A DNA stretch of 64,000 nucleotides from Escherichia virus TH41: the sequence record MT446412.1; one strand, 5' to 3'. Both the position numbers and the translations under genes were made by a program. This document shows, in pieces, positions 60,254 through 64,000 of this stretch (the first letter of the stretch is position 1; each line of letters opens with the position of its first letter). Under the pieces are notes generated by a model. The model was not told the DNA's origin. It did not search any database and worked only from the letters and a program-made list of their open reading frames with translations.

Positions 60254-61105
60254 ATGTCACAAGCAATTAATGAAATTCGTTCTGAAGTTAAAAACGCTGT
60301 TAAATTCACAGGACGTATTCCAAGCACTAAAGATGTGGTTTTAAATGTTCTGTATATGATGTGGAATAAGTTCAATGTTTGTACTAATTCTGCTGAATTC
60401 ACTAAAATCTTTGAAAAGACCAAAGGCCTTCTTACATTAGAAGACCGAGTCATGAAATCTCTTCATCGTTCGGGTATGTTGTCTCGCGCTAATGCCAAAA
60501 TTATTCTTAAAAAATATAACAAAGGTTACGACCTTTATGGTCGTGCGATTAGCACCATGACGTTTGATGAAGTGGTTAAAGACCTTTGGAAGAACCAACG
60601 CCGTTTGCTGGCGCTTGGTGCGCGTCTTGCGAGTGGTCAAGATAAACAAATGACCTTTAAAACCAATAATTCTTTAGATTATAAACTATTTAATGTTATT
60701 AAAGGTCAAAATGAAGGTGAATACAGTATTTCTTCTTTTAGTGGATGTCAATACGAAAACTGGAAATTCCATCTTCGTTTGGCGTTGTCTGTACTGGAAT
60801 GTCATGGTGTTCTTACCTTTTATGATGTTCAAACTGGAGGCGTCCAGCGTATTAAATTATGTCAAATTAAAGACCAAGTTGAAGTCGAGAGTCCTTCAGA
60901 ACAAGCTCCTAAAATGGAACCTGTTCCAGTGCGAAGCAATGAAAAATATTCAGAGCAAATTGAGCTTTTCACTAAACAGATTGAAGAACTTAACATCACC
61001 ATCCAGCAACAAGATGATGAAATTTTCCGCCTGACAGGATTGAACAGTGCAGCGAAAGCTGAACGTCAGAAACTGATGAACGTTATTGAATTACTTAAGG
61101 ATTAA
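60254..61105 (+). CDS. Hypothetical protein (283 aa)
   Basis: GAGGAA SD; extended -10-like TGGTATAAT upstream. Confidence 0.5.
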   Translation: MSQAINEIRSEVKNAVKFTGRIPSTKDVVLNVLYMMWNKFNVCTNSAEFTKIFEKTKGLLTLEDRVMKSLHRSGMLSRANAKIILKKYNKGYDLYGRAISTMTFDEVVKDLWKNQRRLLALGARLASGQDKQMTFKTNNSLDYKLFNVIKGQNEGEYSISSFSGCQYENWKFHLRLALSVLECHGVLTFYDVQTGGVQRIKLCQIKDQVEVESPSEQAPKMEPVPVRSNEKYSEQIELFTKQIEELNITIQQQDDEIFRLTGLNSAAKAERQKLMNVIELLKD

Positions 61106-61189
61106 TAATGGAATGGCTTGCTGTTCTTGGTTATGTAATTGCCGCCACAGGTATTCTGTGGCTTATATTCTCAAATATTGTAGGTTAAT

Positions 61190-61405
61190 ATGGAAATCGT
61201 AGGTTTTATTCTCCTTTACTTTGTGCTAGGATTCATGACGACCATTATCATTCATAAATCGGGTGATTGGAATCCAATCGAAATTGAATCAAGCTATGAC
61301 GCAGTATTCATTACACTAGTATGGCCTCTGCTTTGGTTTGTTTGGGCAATTATGATGGTGTTTTGGCCTATTGCTAAATTCTATGAAAAATTATTTGGAC
61401 TATGA
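61190..61405 (+). CDS. Small membrane protein (71 aa)
   Basis: Two hydrophobic segments. Confidence 0.45.
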   Translation: MEIVGFILLYFVLGFMTTIIIHKSGDWNPIEIESSYDAVFITLVWPLLWFVWAIMMVFWPIAKFYEKLFGL

Positions 61406-61406
61406 T

Positions 61407-62288
61407 ATGAAAATTAAAACACGTAAAGAATATTCTCGATTTGAACAGCGTGAAGGACGTGCAACCCGTCTTATCGCGATGAATTCTCTGGTTAACTTTG
61501 GCAAAATTAAATCAGGTTCTGCCACCCAGGGTTATGGCCAACGTATTGTAAGAATTAACTCTCTGAATGATTACTGCCGCCGCCCGGCGTTTTTGTTTGG
61601 TGCTACGGTTCGTAAGAGCATCAAGGAACTCCTGGCAGCTGGACTTCGTATTCGTAAAGCTCCGGTTAACATCAAGAACTATAATTTCAATTCCAGTAAC
61701 TTGATTATCAATATCAAGAATGATGGCGTGCAGATTAAGTTCAAGCCAACCACCAAGGGCGATGTTGCTCTTTGTGATACCTTTAAAGAGGTTATGGGTA
61801 TTGCACTGTTTTATATGCGTTATGCCGTTGAAGCATACACGTTTGAAGAAGATACAAATTATATCCATCAAACAGAAAAATTCCTTAAAACTATAGTCAT
61901 TGATATTAAATTAACTAAAGAATATCTTTTGTCTTATGCTCCTTATCAAGAGAAAAAGGAACCAGAAATGGCGGAACGTATCCCTACTGCATCATATGGT
62001 CCAGCATTTGCGGGTCAGTTTAAATCTTATGACCAGGCTAAAATTTCGCCACTGGACGTTAAAAACATGTACAAATGGAAAGTCCAACCATCCAGCTCTC
62101 TTGAAATCTTTAACCCACCAATGAAGCCTATTGAGAGCTATCATGCTGATGCTATCCAGGAATCAGTTAACCGCTTAAATGGTCTGATTGAAGATGAGAA
62201 AAAGGGTATCCAGGATGTCCTGAATCGCATCAAGAACATGGAAACGCAACGCAATAAATTGCAAGCTGCAATCAAAGCATTAAAATAA
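61407..62288 (+). CDS. Hypothetical protein (293 aa)
   Basis: Start placed at internal ATG MKIKTRKEY directly after upstream stop. Confidence 0.5.
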   Translation: MKIKTRKEYSRFEQREGRATRLIAMNSLVNFGKIKSGSATQGYGQRIVRINSLNDYCRRPAFLFGATVRKSIKELLAAGLRIRKAPVNIKNYNFNSSNLIINIKNDGVQIKFKPTTKGDVALCDTFKEVMGIALFYMRYAVEAYTFEEDTNYIHQTEKFLKTIVIDIKLTKEYLLSYAPYQEKKEPEMAERIPTASYGPAFAGQFKSYDQAKISPLDVKNMYKWKVQPSSSLEIFNPPMKPIESYHADAIQESVNRLNGLIEDEKKGIQDVLNRIKNMETQRNKLQAAIKALK

Positions 62289-62289
62289 T

Positions 62290-62319
62290 GTTTACTTCCA
62301 AGGATGGAGGGAGTATAAT
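62290..62319 (+). promoter_or_regulatory. Early promoter (GTTTAC -35, TATAAT -10)
   Basis: GTTTAC, 18-bp spacer, TATAAT; GAGGAG SD before the next gene. Confidence 0.5.
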
Positions 62320-62346
62320 GAATTCCTACTTTATGAGGAGAACACT

Positions 62347-63336
62347 ATGACACGTAACGAATATATCCAGGCCTTTAACGCAACTATCGACACAAAAGTA
62401 AAACCATTAATAGGCGAATTGGCTATCCTTTTAATTATCAATTATTGGTTAAATCAGATTGACTCGACGATTGTTGCATCTGGGCGCTTCAAGAAAGACA
62501 TTGCAACTATTGCGAGTCGTGCTGGTAACGATGATATCAAGAAAACTTTTAAAAGTTCCCGAGTCCTGGCATACCTGGTTAATAAAGACCTTCTTAATAA
62601 GTTTGGTGTTGAATCCAGGCGTGGTAAAGGTACAATTGGATATCATTGGTTTGGCGATGTTGAAAAATACTATCTTGATAAACAAGGCTATACTGCTTCT
62701 GAATTCGCAAATTGTTGGGCTCGTGAATTCAGAGATAACAAAATGTCTATCATCAAATCAGCGACAAAAATGATGGATGGTGATTACCGCACTATCTGCC
62801 ATTTGGCAGAGCACATGATAAATGTTAAAGAGTCTGGCGAAAACCAGGTAATTATTACAGTTAAGTATGAATTCTTTACGCCAGTGGCTACTCCAGAAAA
62901 TGTCAAAAAGTATCTTGATGCTGCGAGCGCGCTTACTTCACAGCTGCAGTGCGCCCTTAACTATATGCGCACTGTTGAAAAAATTAAAGTAGACCCTATC
63001 ACCAGTACTCATGGTTGGAAAGGTTGGAAAATTGTGGCGACATTGCGTGAAGTTAAATGTGCAAAACAACCAACTGTTGCAGAAATTTATAAAAAGAAAA
63101 GTGAGGAAATTATGAATGCACCACAAGAAACCACCCTTGAAGACCTGATTGATAATCTGAATAATGAGCCAGTGGAACAAAAAGCGCCTGAAATTGTTGC
63201 TCTGGAAATGGCGTATAATAAAGCTCTTGCTGTTAATAAAAAGGCAACTGAAGACTATACCAAAGCCAAGCGACTTTGGGAAGAATCAACTAATCGTCTG
63301 GATAAACTGGAACAGGCTCTGGAGCTGCTGAAATGA
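62347..63336 (+). CDS. Hypothetical protein (329 aa)
   Basis: ORF with GAGGAG SD; helical C-terminus. Confidence 0.5.
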   Translation: MTRNEYIQAFNATIDTKVKPLIGELAILLIINYWLNQIDSTIVASGRFKKDIATIASRAGNDDIKKTFKSSRVLAYLVNKDLLNKFGVESRRGKGTIGYHWFGDVEKYYLDKQGYTASEFANCWAREFRDNKMSIIKSATKMMDGDYRTICHLAEHMINVKESGENQVIITVKYEFFTPVATPENVKKYLDAASALTSQLQCALNYMRTVEKIKVDPITSTHGWKGWKIVATLREVKCAKQPTVAEIYKKKSEEIMNAPQETTLEDLIDNLNNEPVEQKAPEIVALEMAYNKALAVNKKATEDYTKAKRLWEESTNRLDKLEQALELLK

Positions 63337-63650
63337 AACAACGTTTAGCTGAAGATATTGCTTCAGCATCTAATACAGGTTTATTGGAATTTATTAAAGA
63401 AGCCGACCTTGCTGAAGTTGAACTGAATGGTAAGATTCATGGCTGTGATGATTATAGCCAAGATATTCCTGATTGGAATGCTATTATTAAAATTGTCGAA
63501 CGTCGTGAAAAAGCTTCTAAGAACGTTCCGAACTGTCCTATGTGTGGAACCGAACAGGTCCAGTTGGTTCAATGGCGGCATAATCCGCTTCAATATAAAT
63601 GCAGACATTGTAAACACCGATTTGAGCGAGAAGAAAATGGCAAAGCGTAA
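63333..63650 (+). CDS. Zinc-ribbon protein (105 aa)
   Basis: CPMC-x19-CRHC. Confidence 0.5.
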   Translation: MKQRLAEDIASASNTGLLEFIKEADLAEVELNGKIHGCDDYSQDIPDWNAIIKIVERREKASKNVPNCPMCGTEQVQLVQWRHNPLQYKCRHCKHRFEREENGKA

Positions 63651-63879
63651 AGAATATGTTGAGACCGCTGAAAGAGTGGTCCGTGAATTAACTCTGGCTT
63701 ATTATAAAGAACACGGTAAACTTCCGGATAGTTATTCAGTATTGAAATCTGCTTTAACTCGTTCATATAATAATATGCGTTCAGAAGTTTATGGTATTAT
63801 GGTCAAACATAAAGAACAAACCGGTCAATACCCCGATTATACTGAGACCTTCAAACAAGTATTAGGAATTAAGGAATAA
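63637..63879 (+). CDS. Hypothetical protein (80 aa)
   Basis: Start placed at internal ATG MAKRKEY overlapping upstream gene end. Confidence 0.4.
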   Translation: MAKRKEYVETAERVVRELTLAYYKEHGKLPDSYSVLKSALTRSYNNMRSEVYGIMVKHKEQTGQYPDYTETFKQVLGIKE

Positions 63880-63880
63880 T

Positions 63881-64000
63881 ATGTTTAAAGTATATGGTTA
63901 CGATTCATCTATCCATCGCTGTGTTTTCTGTGATAATGCAAAACGTTTACTTGACGTTAAAAAACAACCTTACGAATTCATTAACGTTATGCCTGAAAAA
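63881..64000 (+). CDS. nrdC: Glutaredoxin/thioredoxin NrdC (5' part, truncated by window end)
   Basis: MFKVYGYDSSIHRCVFCDNAKRLL closely resembles the T4 NrdC N-terminus, including the C-x-x-C active site. Confidence 0.75.
   Translation, partial: MFKVYGYDSSIHRCVFCDNAKRLLDVKKQPYEFINVMPEK

Overview
This window is a T4-like (Tevenvirinae-type) myovirus genome segment. Assignments rest on reading the translated ORFs against remembered T4 protein sequences, gene order and motifs; no database search was run, so all T4 lengths, names and consensus sequences quoted are from memory. Positions 87-30739 (minus strand) carry the late morphogenetic block in T4 order: 24, 23, 22, 21, 68, 67, 20, 19, 18, 17, 16, 15, 14, 13, wac, 12, 11, 10, 9, 8, 7, 6, 5.4, 5.1, 5, 53, with TATAAATA late-promoter boxes and hairpin terminators between several genes. 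From 30788 onward everything is on the plus strand: 4, 2, 3, 1, 57A, 57B, then about 34 kb of early/accessory genes containing recognisable nudE, lysozyme e, denV, regB, tk, rI, the start of nrdC and two tRNAs. The main finding is two clusters of nine small genes (34169-35733 and 48624-49780) whose products begin with the T4 internal-protein capsid-targeting sequence (MKTYQEFI.E), i.e. candidate capsid-packaged, DNA-co-injected effectors, three times the T4 complement. A tenth, more divergent candidate lies at 37875-38258. Other notable items are a tandem five-gene family with a conserved C-terminal W-x-SS-x-x-C motif, a secreted lytic-transglycosylase-like protein next to a macro-domain-like protein, two Pol-beta-type nucleotidyltransferase-like proteins, and about 19 copies of a repeated early-promoter/stem-loop cassette. 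Roughly 50 small accessory ORFs have no recognisable function.
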